Assembly (NCBI GenBank): GCA_010093745.1
Contig: MU005960.1
Coordinates: forward strand, 124,001 to 185,555
Length of the DNA: 61,555 bases
From: Piedraia hortae CBS 480.64
Lineage: Eukaryota
Direction of reading: 5' to 3'
Shown here: one piece after another, positions 43,297-55,354 of the stretch
Position numbering within the stretch: the first letter of the stretch is position 1
How the letters are laid out: the number at the start of each line of letters is the position of its first letter
Made by a program: the position numbers and the translations under genes
The notes under the pieces: model-generated
What the model was told of the DNA's origin: nothing
Seen by the model: the letters and a program-made list of their open reading frames with translations, nothing else
Databases searched by the model: none

Positions 43297-46200
43297 CTAC
43301 TCAAACGGCAACTCCCCATCTTGAAGCTGTACGCCAACTCTCTCTTCAGCAGCCATTCCCGAGCCCGGCGTAGCAGGCGAGCCCACGCGTTCCCGCACGG
43401 GCGTTCCTCTGGGCGTACCGACCCTCTCTCTCACAGGTGTACTCGTCTCCCCTTCAAGCGAATCCCTCTTTGAGACTCCAGTGTTTAGTCCCAAAGAGTT
43501 CCGTGCAAGGGCGGGGTTCTTGCGGTAGACGCCTCTTCGGATGAGGGAGTCTCTGTTCCCGGCTGTGGGGGTAGAGGAGCGTTGTTCAAAGGAGGCGGCG
43601 CGTTCGGAGACCGAGGAGGGGCGGGAGGGAGGGTCGTGGAGCTGGGTCGATTGAGTTGTTGGTTGCTGTCCATGGCCTTGGCTTTGCTGACTCGTCGTCT
43701 GCGGCTGTGTGTGACTCTGCTGTCCCGCTGATTGATATCCCGTCTGCGTCTGTCCATGCTGACCAGACGGATGCGCCACCGTCTGCTGCGTATGCTGCTG
43801 CCCGAGCTGCTGTCCAGCCTGCGCACCCGCAGCCGCAGCGAGCTGTCCCAGCCCAACCCCCTCCGGCGACCCCTCGTCGCTCGTAGGCGGGGGCTGAAAG
43901 ATCCCCCTTGACCCTGCAGAGACTCCTCCCGGCGGCGAAAGCGGCACACCAAGCGACTCCCCGGCCCTATGCGTCGGCGAACCGAGTCCCTTCGTGACAA
44001 CACCACTAGCATTAACCGGAAACCTCGTATCCCCCGGTCCACGCGACCTCTCCCTTCTATGACTCACCGGTCCGGAAGACGGCGCTCTGACCCTCCCCTG
44101 CTGGGAAGCCTGCTGATGCGACGCAGCGGCAATGGCTCGCTGTCTCTCTTCCATGTACTCTTTCCTACGAGACTCGTCGGCAGAGATAGCCCTCGTGCGG
44201 CCGTTGCTCGTCCCCGGGGCGAGGGCTGAGGACTGCCGCTTCAGCTCGCCGAACACAGCGTCCTTGTTTTCGAGTAGGTCACGTAGGAGACGGGCGTTGA
44301 ATCGCTCCGCCATGGAGAGGCCGGTCTCGACTCGCGGACGGAGGATGCATGGTGCGAGGGTCTGGGTGAGGCTGGTGGTGTAGGCCTCGTCTGCGTTTGT
44401 GAGTTCTAGAAGACGCGCAAAGTGCGTGACGACGGCGTCGAGCGTGGCGATGTTGGCTAGACGGAGTTGTCCGAGGGTGGACTGGATGACTTGGAGCCTG
44501 GCTGAGGCATCTGGCGTGGAGGTGTAGATGGTCTTGATGATCTCGTACACGTGGCTGCTGACAAGGCTGTCGGGGAGTTCGAGGAGGTAAAGCTTCAGCG
44601 CCGCGGCGACGACGGGCATGGGGTGTTCCTCCAACGTCTCCGGCGCAATGGCCGCGCCTGTGTTGATTGCCGCGCGGAGCTTGTGGATCGTTGCCAGTGG
44701 GACTTCAACCGTCCAGATGCTTCGCCTCGCCTCGTCGCCCTCGAGATCCGGGTAGTGCGAGTCGAGGAAGGTGAGGATCGTGGTGACGATCAGAGGCACT
44801 CGTTTGCGGTCAGCACGGGCGCGGGCCTCGATGTCGACGCCAAACGTCTGGCCATCGACCTTGTGGTAGTAGTTCTCGTACGTAACCACCTTTGGCGCGA
44901 AGCTCCCCGTGCGGTAGTTTTCAAGCAGATAGCGGAGGTCGCTGAGCGGCTGGACGGTCTCCTGGAAGAGCATCATGTTGTCGACGCTGCTCTGAAGACT
45001 CGGAATGACATTGCTGACGGCGCCGCTGAAGTCCAACACGACGCTCTTGATGGCCTTCAACCTGTCCAACTCACAGCGTTCCATGAACTTCAAATGATGG
45101 ACGATCGCCTCTTCCAACCCACAGCGGACGCTATCCAACTTCGCAACCGCGGCCTTGTACCGCTCGTCCGCCTCTCTCGCCTCCCGCCGCAACTTCTCCG
45201 CCGGCGTCTCGTTGGGATGGGCATTGTTCAACGGATTCCACCCACCCAAATACTCGCTGACCTTGTCCCCAATCACGGCCCCATCCTCCGTCGCCGTCCG
45301 TGCCGCCATCTTTGGCCTCCGCTCCGGAATCCCCGTCAACTGAAACGCCTTTGGCCTCCACTGATAATTCATCCTGCTACTATTTGCAAACGTGTTCCCC
45401 ATGTTCCCCACGAGCCTCAAGAACCCATTCGCAATCAAATCCTGTCCAACCTTCTCCGCATACTGCAGCGAAGTCGCTCCCATATGCTTCTGAATATACT
45501 CCGTGATCTCCGCCCCGGTGGAAACATTCTGATACGTCCCCAAAATCGGCACCTTTGCCTCTCCCAGCGGTACCGTCTCCAGCGCATGCGCCATCATCTT
45601 CTTCACCTGCTCGATCTCATACAACTCATCCCCGATCTCAATCGGCTCAGCCTCGTCATCTTCCTCCACCCTAATGCTCGGCACGGCGGGGTCCTGAAAC
45701 GCAAGTTTCTCCTCCTCATCCACATCCTCCACCCTCCTACACTTGTTGAAATACGCGGACCGGTACTGTCTCACGGCCTCGCTCTGTCTCTCATACGCCT
45801 TCAACCGTCCTTGCAATTCATCGTGGCTCTTCTGCACCCGCGCAGCATGCTGCTCACACCATCGCCCGAACGGATGAACAACCAGCTCACGCACGTTGGC
45901 GGCGATCTTGGTATGGTTCCTCCCCGCCTCGCTCATTTCGACGCGGATTCCATCGTAGGCTTTGCGCACGCTGGCGCCGTCGTCGCGTTGGAACCCGCCT
46001 TCGATGCGGTTGCATGCCGCTTCGATTTCGCTAAGGCGTTGTCCGTACGCTTCCTCCGCGTCGGCCCGCAGACGCGCGATGGTGAGGATTTGGGTGTTTT
46101 CCGCCACACCTTGCCGGAGTTTGCTGAAGAGCACGCCTAGTCCGGAGCCGAAGTCCGCGGACCAGAAGGAGTTGGCAAAAGAGGGGGTGGTGGTGGACAT
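43297..46200 (-). CDS. RGD2: F-BAR/DEP/RhoGAP protein (Rgd2/Rga8-like)
   Basis: SFANSFWSADF..GL.VLF.KL.QG..EN (FCH), DEP (AEKVGQDLIANGFLRLVG), RhoGAP (FGVDIE...VPLIV...ALKLYLLELPDSLV). Gln/Ser-rich tail. Confidence 0.85.
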   Translation of the reverse strand: MSTTTPSFANSFWSADFGSGLGVLFSKLRQGVAENTQILTIARLRADAEEAYGQRLSEIEAACNRIEGGFQRDDGASVRKAYDGIRVEMSEAGRNHTKIAANVRELVVHPFGRWCEQHAARVQKSHDELQGRLKAYERQSEAVRQYRSAYFNKCRRVEDVDEEEKLAFQDPAVPSIRVEEDDEAEPIEIGDELYEIEQVKKMMAHALETVPLGEAKVPILGTYQNVSTGAEITEYIQKHMGATSLQYAEKVGQDLIANGFLRLVGNMGNTFANSSRMNYQWRPKAFQLTGIPERRPKMAARTATEDGAVIGDKVSEYLGGWNPLNNAHPNETPAEKLRREAREADERYKAAVAKLDSVRCGLEEAIVHHLKFMERCELDRLKAIKSVVLDFSGAVSNVIPSLQSSVDNMMLFQETVQPLSDLRYLLENYRTGSFAPKVVTYENYYHKVDGQTFGVDIEARARADRKRVPLIVTTILTFLDSHYPDLEGDEARRSIWTVEVPLATIHKLRAAINTGAAIAPETLEEHPMPVVAAALKLYLLELPDSLVSSHVYEIIKTIYTSTPDASARLQVIQSTLGQLRLANIATLDAVVTHFARLLELTNADEAYTTSLTQTLAPCILRPRVETGLSMAERFNARLLRDLLENKDAVFGELKRQSSALAPGTSNGRTRAISADESRRKEYMEERQRAIAAASHQQASQQGRVRAPSSGPVSHRRERSRGPGDTRFPVNASGVVTKGLGSPTHRAGESLGVPLSPPGGVSAGSRGIFQPPPTSDEGSPEGVGLGQLAAAAGAQAGQQLGQQHTQQTVAHPSGQHGQTQTGYQSAGQQSHTQPQTTSQQSQGHGQQPTTQSTQLHDPPSRPSSVSERAASFEQRSSTPTAGNRDSLIRRGVYRKNPALARNSLGLNTGVSKRDSLEGETSTPVRERVGTPRGTPVRERVGSPATPGSGMAAEERVGVQLQDGELPFE

Positions 46201-46750
46201 GCTGTTGGGGGGAGCTTGGAGGGTTTGGTGGATGATGGATGATGTTGCAGAGTTGGCCGCTTGGGGCTAGCGGGCAGGGTCCGCTGAAACTGTGACGACA
46301 GATGTGCCTGCAGATGGGGAACCTGTACGGGCTGTAGTTTGTATGTAGCCTTTCTATAGACATGTACAGAGCTTTTACTTTCGCGCCATCTGTCACCAGC
46401 TTTTGGCTGTGCTGCGTGGCAGCTGAGTAGATCGCTGTGCCTTACCTTCCCTGCCAAGTCCATAGACAGTTATTCCATAGTATAAAACCCCCACAAAACT
46501 CTTTTTCCCAGCTATATGCCCTCCCAATCATCTCAGCCGGCATTGCTGCCCTGAGCGTACATCAGTCATGTATGTAGACCATGTACACGATCCTTGCATG
46601 CAGACCACCCGATAAAGTACATAGAACGTAGAACAAGTATAGTAAAACAGGTACTACAACGAAACCAAATACATACATAACTCCCCAATCAACCCCCCCT
46701 CCCCCTCCCTACTAACCCCCACCCCCCTCCCTCTCTCTTCCCAAGATTCC

Positions 46751-49700
46751 CTAGTACGGAATCCCATTCGTCAACAACTGAAAATAATCATACACGGCCG
46801 TACTATACGACCTCTCACTCCATCCCACCAATTTCCTCACAAACTCCCCCGCCTCCCTCTCTGTTTTCTCAAGCACAAACCTCTCCCTAAAATGCCTAAT
46901 CGTCTCCGGCTTAAAGCACGGAAGCCCCGAATCAAGCATCGCTTGCACGACTTCGACCAACTCCCCCACATGTCCCCTCACCGCAAGAAAAGCCTTCACA
47001 CAAAGCCCCTCAAACGCCTCAAACGTCTTCGACCCCTTCCCCCCCATCACCGCAACCATTTCAGGCGTAAGTTTAAACGGCGCACGCTCAAACCGCACCC
47101 CACCCGGGGCGATATCAAAACAAAACCCAAAATCAATATGCAGGATATGTCCGTGATCGTCAAGCATGATGTTCCCGTTATGACGGTCTTTAAATTGGAG
47201 GAGGTAGGAGATTATGCTATACGCGGCCATGGATTTGGTAAAGTTGCTTCGCGCGGCTTGGAAGGCTAGGCTGTCTTCGGTGCCGTATTTCGAAATGAAG
47301 TATTCGTATAGGCCGTTTACGGCCTCGCGGCCGAGCATGTCGCGGGAGACGCTGTTGGGGAGGACGTCGATGACGCCGCACCCCGGTGCAGTGGCTGTTA
47401 CGCGGTAGGGGAAGACGTAGACGTCGAGGCCTACGGAGTTGAAGATTCCGCGGAAAGTGGAGATTAACTGGAGGGCGAGAACGTCTTGGCGACAGTCGTC
47501 GCCCACTTTGAAGATCGCGGATTGCCAGACTTCGTAGGGAATCAGCCCTTCGGGGTCTTCCTTGCGGATGCGGAAGGTGGCCATGAATGGTGCTTTTGCG
47601 TGCGATTGGAGAGGTTTGCCTGATTGGCGGTCTATCCCGATGACGATGCCGTCGGGGTTGGAGGGGAGGTAAACACCCGGATCAACGGAGATTTTGCGCA
47701 GCTCTTCTTCAATTTTGGCTTTTTTCTCGGGCTTTGGGCGTTTGATGAGGGGTTTGAGCGTCCCGGAGATGGAGGTCACTTTGTTGAAAAAAGAGAATTC
47801 TCGTTGGTAGAAAGATCGCTCCGAGTCGCTCCAGGAACTGATCATTGCTTCCATGACGGCGTCGAGGACGGGTTTTACTGGGTCCGGTACCTGGGAGTCT
47901 TCGTCTTTGTATGCGTTTGCTTTCATGTTCCAGATGATTTGGTGGGCGAAGAGCTGGGAGAAGTGCGCTGTTTCGATAATGTATCGTTTGACATAGTCCA
48001 AGGCATCATACCGCAGCGTCTGCACGATTTGAGGCACGTAGAAGAATGTAACGTCGATGGCATGACTCTCCAACGCCCGCATGGCATACTGCAGAATCAA
48101 CGGATGGTTGCCATATGCGGGCAGAAAGTAAGTTACTGCGGTTATCGGACTGACAGGCGCCCAGTAGAGCAGGTACTTTAGCTGAGTCTTCACGTCCGGC
48201 GGCAGTCCCTGTCCCAGAAGAATTTTCAACGCAACGGGCTCATCGATGACCTTTTCCGTATCATTCAGAACTAGCCGACGGACTTCCTCCTGCAGCCGCT
48301 CGGACGTGGCAAAACGAGTCGCCAGCTGCACAACAATAGCAGGATTTTCGTTCCACGCCGTTGACAGCAGACTGATGAAACTTACATCCGCCGCAAGGGG
48401 ACTCAGTCCCCCACTCGTAGTTCCTAACGGATAGACCCACACGGTCATCCGCCCAATCTCGTGCTGAAGCAAATGAACAAGCAGCTCCTGCTTTGACTGC
48501 AGCGACGGGAGATGCTTCTCATACCGACTCCCAAGTTCACCCAAGCTCTGCAGCGATGAAACAACGTTCTCCATGACCCTAATCTCCGCCTTCATCTGCA
48601 ATTTATTACTCCCAAACGACCACATTGGCGCTGTGGAGAACCACTTCAATCCAGCAGACAGGATAGCATCCCGCAACCTCCACATTGAAGGATAATCCAA
48701 ACATGTCGAATGTCGTAAAACCCCCAAAGCGAGCAGCAGCATGTGGAAATGCACCTCTCTAGCCAAAGGCTGCGCATATGCATGCTTCATCGCAAGCATA
48801 GTTATCCGCATGAGACGGATATATATCCTCTCAATCGCCGGCGATGTCAACCTCGACGCGTAGAAGTGACTGGAGACATACATCGTCAACCGCATATGCG
48901 GCGCGAGGAGATCATGGACGGCCTGCGCTTTCTTGACAATGACATCCCATTTCGAAGGTGCGAATTCCTCCTTGACGTTAAACGGATCAGGGTGGACATG
49001 TGGCTTGAAGAAGCCCTTTTTCAGTCGGATGGAAGTCTCCCAGCCGGCTGCCACTTCGGCGAGGACTCTGGTCTCGAGACTGGGGTTTTCTTTGACAATG
49101 CCCAGCCATAGCGACACGCCAAGGTCGATAGATCGTTTGGAGAAGATGGTAAAGGGCACCGCGACAAGTCCTTGGATGATCAGCCCTTCATCAGCCGGGT
49201 ATTCGCCCAACACGGCGGCCGCGTTGCGAAGGACTTCCCTAACGACAGGGAAAGCCACGGCGTCGCCTCTTTTCAGCCGGTTAGCCAGGTCCGTCAGCTC
49301 AGCAGCCTCGGTGCCGGTCGTGTGTCTCCCGTTCTGATGTCTATACTCCTGACGGGTGGTGTACTGTGCAATGAAATCCGATGCCGTGTTGACACCAATG
49401 GTGCTTTCCCGTCCAATACTCGTCAATCTCTGATCCGACGACGGAATGATCGAACCCATGCGAACAGCAAACGACCGTCCAAGTGCAACCTGGCCATATG
49501 CACCGTCATCTTCATAATCCTCCAGATACGCCTGCAACAGGCCTTTCACATCCAACGGCGCCATGGCAATTGCCCTTGATAGCCATGCCTCGCACGACTG
49601 ATAAAACTTGGCCAACGTGTCCTGTCTGAATTTCACATCATCAGGAACTTGAATAGTAACTTTCGCCATCTCAGACGCGTACGTCGACTTCCAATCGTAT

Positions 49701-52273
49701 TCGTTTGTCTCTGCGTCAAGACAGCTCCTCCACATGAGCGTTAGCAGCTCTAGTAGGGCGAAAAGCGAAGATTTATGACACAACGCCGATGGAAAGCTGG
49801 TGACGATTTTATATGCTGAAGAATACGCCACGTGCTGCACCTTGACGATTCGATGGCAGCATCCCTCAAAGAAGACGGCTAGCTCGGCTGCAATCGCAGC
49901 GGCGGAGAATTCCTGCTTCGCACCGGATAGTGCCGACTGCAGATAGATGTCGACGTTGTCCTGCGCAATGGCAAACATGCAATTACTCATTGCACTGGTG
50001 CTGACGTCTGCCCCGGCCAGATAGGGCAGAATGGCGCTGCAGTTGCCGGCCTGGGCACCTAAGTTTGTGACAAAAAGGGTGGCAGTTAAGAAGACGCATT
50101 CCTGATATCCCAGGCCTTTGATATCGTTTGCACAGCTCGGAAGAGTGGATATCAACGACGACTTGAGCTCGAGCGTGTGCTGCGGACTGGCATTTCGACG
50201 GAGGACGATGTTCAAGTCGATGCCGCTATTGATTTGACCGATTCGATGGTCGCTGACCAGCGGAAGGCTCTTCTGGGCAATTGTCTGCAGGTCCTCCATA
50301 TGAGGTCTGGCGGTGGGTGAAGTGAGTGTGAAGCCATGGATGACGATATTGAACCAGGCATCTCGGTTGAGGTTGGATATTTCCTCCATGGAATTAAAAG
50401 AGGGCTCCTGAGTTTGATCAAAGGAGAGCAGCGTTGCCAAAGGTCGGAAGAGCCCAGAGATCAGCTTTGCAGCAAGTGGTTTTTCAATAACACGGTCGCC
50501 AGGCGCATCTCCGCTTCCGACACAGAGGCCGAGCAGATGAGATAGATAGACCTCATACAATGGAGACGCCTTGCCGATCCAACGGGCAAGCCTTAGACGA
50601 CCTTCTGTCACTGCATCGGTCATGAGAGAGTCATTGTTGACAACTGCTTCTCTCGCAACGCGATGATACAGCCTCAGCAACGAGCGAAGCTCATTGGCGC
50701 CACCACTGACGCCGAGAGCGGCCATTTCCTCGAGAATTTTGGCATCTACAGCAGGACCGACCCTGTTGAGCTTTTGAATCAGCATTGCAATTGTCAAAGC
50801 CGTGACCTGTTCATCTCTGTAGGCGGTAGCGATTGCAACAACGGCATGAGCAACGGCGCCATGTATCGCAGAGCTATCATCATGGTTACTGATGACCAGC
50901 GAAATTGCACTTCCACGGTGGGTAGCCTCATTCGTGACCAGCAGGTTCCTATTAAACGTCAAAGACCTTTCCGCATTCTCAGTCGCACTGAGCACATTCC
51001 CCAGCTTGTAAAGCGTGCTTATAATAGTATCCTGCGGCAAGAACTTCAGCACTCGAGCCAGATACTCACCCGCGAGGGCGGCCGTCTTTGCAGTCAAACT
51101 GCCCTGCACAATCAATCTTGGCAGCAATCTCGTCAAATTTGCAGCAATCGTCGACGACGTGCGTGACAAAATCGCCATGCACTCAAACGCCGTGGCCGCA
51201 AGATTCTCATCCGTAGCCTGCACGTGGTCCAGAACCGTAGCCTCCAGCAGGGCATTCAGCAACTCACTCCCTGCCATTCCCTCCCTCAGCAGCACACAAC
51301 ACAAAAACGTCCTCAACGCAGCAGCCTTAACTGCCAAGGCCAGCCGCGATTGAAGTCTCTTTTCCAAAAACTCCACCTCCTCCTCCACAACCGCCGTAAA
51401 CTCCTCCACAATCGCAGCCTCACGCTCGACACTATTAAGCCTCTGATAAAAACCCTCAACCCCATCCGCATTTGCCAACAACAGAACACTCTCCTCCACA
51501 AACCTCATAAACGCATCCTCCAGCGCCATCGACCCAAAGGGTCCATTCGTCGACCTCACCCCAAACCTACCAACCCTTCTCCACCCCCTCCCCTCCCTCC
51601 CCTCCTCACCCGCAACAGCAGCGACGGCAGCATCAACCCTCTCCCCAAACTCCACCGACAATCTCGCGCGAAGCGTTCCTACCACCTCCAACCTCTCCCT
51701 CGGCGTGAAGAGGCGTGGCACATCCCTCGCCGCGAGCGCATGCATAGCAGCCAACAAGCACATACCATTCCTCAGCGCCCCCACCTCTGACATGACTTTC
51801 CCTGGGGCATCCCTACTGCCCAAAATCATCCCAACGAGTCGCACAACCCTCCCCCTCAACTGGCTGAACTCATTCCCCAGCGTCGCAATCGCAGAAACAA
51901 CCCAAAAAACAACTTGATAAAGATTCTCCCCCTCGCCCGCACACTCTCTCAGGGAGGGGAGATAGCCCTCTAAAAGACCCAACACTTTTTCCGCGGTGGG
52001 GGCGTCTCTTACTTCAGAACACGCCTTGCATAGAGCCAGAAGTAACTCCCTCTCCTTCATTCCCATCGTCGCAGCAGACTCGCCATTGAGCTTTGAAAAA
52101 GACCCTGTTGTCTCTTCACAGCCTGTCTTCTCATTTTCAGTTTGGTTGGAGAGCTCCCGCTGGAGGTTCAGTAGTTTGGAAAGATCGAGAGAGGAGGGCT
52201 GGCGAACGGAGAGCTTGGCGAGTTTCTCGAGGGCAAGGGAGCGGGTGCGGCGGTTGGGGGAGTGGAGGGACAT
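46751..52273 (-). CDS. STT4: Phosphatidylinositol 4-kinase type III alpha
   Basis: 1840 aa, intronless. FFYVPQIVQTLRYD, LQSHAKAPF, FKVGDDCRQDVLALQ, LQFKDRHNGNIM, HIDFGF, YDYFQLLTNGIPY. Confidence 0.96.
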   Translation of the reverse strand: MSLHSPNRRTRSLALEKLAKLSVRQPSSLDLSKLLNLQRELSNQTENEKTGCEETTGSFSKLNGESAATMGMKERELLLALCKACSEVRDAPTAEKVLGLLEGYLPSLRECAGEGENLYQVVFWVVSAIATLGNEFSQLRGRVVRLVGMILGSRDAPGKVMSEVGALRNGMCLLAAMHALAARDVPRLFTPRERLEVVGTLRARLSVEFGERVDAAVAAVAGEEGREGRGWRRVGRFGVRSTNGPFGSMALEDAFMRFVEESVLLLANADGVEGFYQRLNSVEREAAIVEEFTAVVEEEVEFLEKRLQSRLALAVKAAALRTFLCCVLLREGMAGSELLNALLEATVLDHVQATDENLAATAFECMAILSRTSSTIAANLTRLLPRLIVQGSLTAKTAALAGEYLARVLKFLPQDTIISTLYKLGNVLSATENAERSLTFNRNLLVTNEATHRGSAISLVISNHDDSSAIHGAVAHAVVAIATAYRDEQVTALTIAMLIQKLNRVGPAVDAKILEEMAALGVSGGANELRSLLRLYHRVAREAVVNNDSLMTDAVTEGRLRLARWIGKASPLYEVYLSHLLGLCVGSGDAPGDRVIEKPLAAKLISGLFRPLATLLSFDQTQEPSFNSMEEISNLNRDAWFNIVIHGFTLTSPTARPHMEDLQTIAQKSLPLVSDHRIGQINSGIDLNIVLRRNASPQHTLELKSSLISTLPSCANDIKGLGYQECVFLTATLFVTNLGAQAGNCSAILPYLAGADVSTSAMSNCMFAIAQDNVDIYLQSALSGAKQEFSAAAIAAELAVFFEGCCHRIVKVQHVAYSSAYKIVTSFPSALCHKSSLFALLELLTLMWRSCLDAETNEYDWKSTYASEMAKVTIQVPDDVKFRQDTLAKFYQSCEAWLSRAIAMAPLDVKGLLQAYLEDYEDDGAYGQVALGRSFAVRMGSIIPSSDQRLTSIGRESTIGVNTASDFIAQYTTRQEYRHQNGRHTTGTEAAELTDLANRLKRGDAVAFPVVREVLRNAAAVLGEYPADEGLIIQGLVAVPFTIFSKRSIDLGVSLWLGIVKENPSLETRVLAEVAAGWETSIRLKKGFFKPHVHPDPFNVKEEFAPSKWDVIVKKAQAVHDLLAPHMRLTMYVSSHFYASRLTSPAIERIYIRLMRITMLAMKHAYAQPLAREVHFHMLLLALGVLRHSTCLDYPSMWRLRDAILSAGLKWFSTAPMWSFGSNKLQMKAEIRVMENVVSSLQSLGELGSRYEKHLPSLQSKQELLVHLLQHEIGRMTVWVYPLGTTSGGLSPLAADVSFISLLSTAWNENPAIVVQLATRFATSERLQEEVRRLVLNDTEKVIDEPVALKILLGQGLPPDVKTQLKYLLYWAPVSPITAVTYFLPAYGNHPLILQYAMRALESHAIDVTFFYVPQIVQTLRYDALDYVKRYIIETAHFSQLFAHQIIWNMKANAYKDEDSQVPDPVKPVLDAVMEAMISSWSDSERSFYQREFSFFNKVTSISGTLKPLIKRPKPEKKAKIEEELRKISVDPGVYLPSNPDGIVIGIDRQSGKPLQSHAKAPFMATFRIRKEDPEGLIPYEVWQSAIFKVGDDCRQDVLALQLISTFRGIFNSVGLDVYVFPYRVTATAPGCGVIDVLPNSVSRDMLGREAVNGLYEYFISKYGTEDSLAFQAARSNFTKSMAAYSIISYLLQFKDRHNGNIMLDDHGHILHIDFGFCFDIAPGGVRFERAPFKLTPEMVAVMGGKGSKTFEAFEGLCVKAFLAVRGHVGELVEVVQAMLDSGLPCFKPETIRHFRERFVLEKTEREAGEFVRKLVGWSERSYSTAVYDYFQLLTNGIPY

Positions 52274-52516
52274 TCTACTTGAGCTCCGACAGCCGCCCTG
52301 GTTGGCTGATTGCGTAGAGGGAGGTAGTGAAAGCCGGTGTTTAGCCGGTCGAAACCCAACCCTAATGTAATGGGATGGGCAACAACAACAACAACAACGT
52401 AGTTCAGCATGAGTACCCCTCCTGCTGACATGTTGGTAGATTGAGTAGAATGATCCAGGATGACAGCAAAAAAGAAGTGGGTATCTCCTCCCACCCTCTC
52501 TCTCCCCACGGTCCTC

Positions 52517-54304
52517 TCAATGATGAAACAGCCTAACATGCTGCTCCACAAACGTGATATCCAGCCTCTCCGCGGCGGCGAAACACGCCTCGTCATTCTG
52601 GCTCCCCGTCGGCGCAGCAATATACTTAACCCCGCTCCTCGCCGCGCGGAACACATTATCCGTAAATGGGAAGAACGCATCACTGCTGATCGCAACCTCC
52701 GACAACTTCGATAACCACTCCCTCCTCTCGGCTTCCGTAAACGGTTTAGGAACCACCTCGAAATTTTTCTCCCACTCTTCCCTCTCAACACCCTCATCAG
52801 GCACAACCCCGGAGCAAAGGAGATCAATAGCATTACTCTTCTCCGCGCGCTTCGTGCCCGGTTTCCATGCTAGATTGAGGGTTCGCTCATGGAACCTCAT
52901 CCACCAGTTATCCGCCTTATCGCCCGCGAGACGCGTACAGTGGATTCGCGACTGCTGTCCTGCGCCGAGGCCGATCACTTGTCCGTTGAGGGCATAACAG
53001 ACGGAGTTGGATTGCGTGTATTTTAGCGCGATGGTCGCTACGGTTAGATCTCGCAGTGCGGAATCCGGTAAGGGGGGCGAGTTCTTGGGTACGATGATCG
53101 CGTCGAAGGAGCCGTGAGGTAAAATCGAGGCATCGTTGCGGTGTTGTTCCAGCTGAACCCCAAATACGGTGCGTCGTTCTAGTGCGGGCGGGATGTACGT
53201 CTTGTCGATTTCCATGATGAGATATTTTCCGTTCTTTTTCTTTTTCAAGATTTCCAAGGCTTCCGGGTCGTACGAGGGCGCGATGATGCCGTCGCTGACT
53301 TCTTTTGAGATTAGTTTTGCGGTTGGAAGGTCGGCTTTATGCGAGAGGGCGATTACGTCCCCGAAGCTGGACATGCGGTCTGCGCCTCTTGCTCGTGCGT
53401 ATGCTTGTGCTTGTCGTGACCCGTCTAGCCCTTCGATCCCATCGACCATGTAGACGATTTTTTCGACTGCGTTGAGCGGGACGCCGATGGCTGCTCCCGC
53501 GGGGGAGACGTGTTTAAAGGACGCTGCGGCGGGGACGTCGAGGGCGTTGCTTAGCTCCTTTACCAACGCCCATGCATTCAACGCATCCAAAAGGTTAATA
53601 TACCCCGGTGCACCATTCAGCACTTTGAACGGAAGACTGGCGCCCCTCATTGACGCCTGAGCGGGCTTCTGATGCGGGTTCAGCCCGTACCGAAGGGGGA
53701 GATACTGCGTTCCCTCAGCATACGTCTTTTGAAAAAAACCCACGATCGCATCGTCATAATCCGCCGTATGTGAAAACGCCTTCAAAGCATACGCCTTCCT
53801 CGACTCCTCCGAAACCTCCCCCTTCTTAATCTCCTGCAAAAAATCATGATAATCCTCTGGATCGCTCAAAATCGTAACTCGTGCATGATTCTTCGCTGCA
53901 GCACGCATGAGCGTCACACCCCCAATGTCAATCTCTTCCACCGCCTCATTCATCGTCACATTTGGCTTTGCTACCGTCTCCTTAAACGGGTAGAGGTTAC
54001 AAATAACATAATCAACTTTATCGATCGCATGTTCCTTCAAATCAGCATCATCCGCATCCACATTGCGAGCTAAAATTCCCGCGTGAACGGCAGGATGGAG
54101 GGTTTTAACCCTCCCCGCCAGCATCTCCGGCAACTTCGTAATGGCGGAGACATCCTCGACCGCAAATCCCGCTTCGCGAACCAACTTCGCCGTTCCGCCA
54201 GATGCGACAAGACGGACATTATGATCCACCAACCCTTTTGCCAGATCCAGCAACCCCGTCTTATCCGACACAGATAAAATCGCAATCTTCTTTGTCTGGG
54301 CCAT
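52517..54304 (-). CDS. ADE17: Bifunctional AICAR transformylase / IMP cyclohydrolase
   Basis: [91 protein letters not shown]. Confidence 0.97.
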   Translation of the reverse strand: MAQTKKIAILSVSDKTGLLDLAKGLVDHNVRLVASGGTAKLVREAGFAVEDVSAITKLPEMLAGRVKTLHPAVHAGILARNVDADDADLKEHAIDKVDYVICNLYPFKETVAKPNVTMNEAVEEIDIGGVTLMRAAAKNHARVTILSDPEDYHDFLQEIKKGEVSEESRKAYALKAFSHTADYDDAIVGFFQKTYAEGTQYLPLRYGLNPHQKPAQASMRGASLPFKVLNGAPGYINLLDALNAWALVKELSNALDVPAAASFKHVSPAGAAIGVPLNAVEKIVYMVDGIEGLDGSRQAQAYARARGADRMSSFGDVIALSHKADLPTAKLISKEVSDGIIAPSYDPEALEILKKKKNGKYLIMEIDKTYIPPALERRTVFGVQLEQHRNDASILPHGSFDAIIVPKNSPPLPDSALRDLTVATIALKYTQSNSVCYALNGQVIGLGAGQQSRIHCTRLAGDKADNWWMRFHERTLNLAWKPGTKRAEKSNAIDLLCSGVVPDEGVEREEWEKNFEVVPKPFTEAERREWLSKLSEVAISSDAFFPFTDNVFRAARSGVKYIAAPTGSQNDEACFAAAERLDITFVEQHVRLFHH

Positions 54305-54400
54305 TGTACGGTATCGGTTGGTTGGTGCACAAACCATAAAATTCTGATTCGGCTTAATCTCGGCTTCATCTTACACCCCCAACCTACACACACAACCGTC

Positions 54401-55332
54401 ATGTCATCCAGCACCATATGGTCCTACGCCCTCTTTCCCCTCTACCTTACGGGAGGTCTGACGACCCTACTCGCAAGCGCAGCGTATTTCTACCAAAACT
54501 CGATCATATACATGCGCAACTTCCCCGACGATGCGCGGAGTCATATCCCTCGACCCTCACACTTTGGAATCAGCCACTACGAAGAGGTATCCCTACACAC
54601 ATCAGACAACGAGACTCTGCATGCTTTTTTGATTAAACCCGAGGCCACCCCCCGGCGGGTTACGGTAGTGATGTTCCACGGCAACGCGGGGAATATCGGC
54701 TACCGCATCCCGATCGCGAGGGTCCTCGCGAATGATCTGTTCTGCAGTGTGCTGATGGTGGAGTATCGCGGTTATGGGCTTTCAAGCGGAAAGCCGGATG
54801 AGAGGGGGCTGAAGGTTGATGCGCAGACCGCATTGGAGTTTGTGCGTGGGAGGGAGGATTTGAGGGACAACAAGGTTGTGGTTTATGGACAGAGTCTTGG
54901 AGGGGCGGTGGCGATTGATCTTGTTGTGAGGAATGAGGGGATGGTTGATGGACTGGTGCTGGAGAATACGTTTCTGAGTATTCCGAAGATGGTGCCGAAT
55001 GTGCTGCCTGCGGCGAGATTTTTGACGCCACTGTGTACGGAGAGGTGGGATAGTGAGAGAATCATCCCTACAATCACAAAGATCCCGATCCTCTTCCTCA
55101 GCGCGCTGAGAGATGAGATCATCCCGTGCGTAGCCCCCTCCCCCCACCTCCCTTTTTTTTTCTTGTCAAGGCTAATGATTATAGACCCGCACACATGAAA
55201 CAGCTCTATCGGCTGTGTAAGACCAAGGATGTGGTGTGGAAAGAGCTCCCTACCGGCGACCACAACAACTCCGTCATGGAACCCTACTACTTCCACTACT
55301 TCGAAGACTTTCTAGAAAAATATGTTCTCTAA
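54401..55332 (+). CDS. BEM46: Bem46/ABHD13 alpha/beta hydrolase; intron 55126-55184
   Basis: N-terminal TM, FHGNAGNIG, EYRGYG.S.G.P.E.GL, YGQSLGGAVA, LENTFLSI, DEIIP^PAHM...GDHN. Confidence 0.9.
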
Positions 55333-55354
55333 TCCATCATACCCAACTTCCCCT

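Noticed and set aside
44551..46140. 529 aa plus-strand ORF
   Set aside because: Antisense shadow of the RhoGAP gene; no recognisable motifs.
52381..52398. (AAC)6 tract
   Set aside because: Ordinary intergenic microsatellite.
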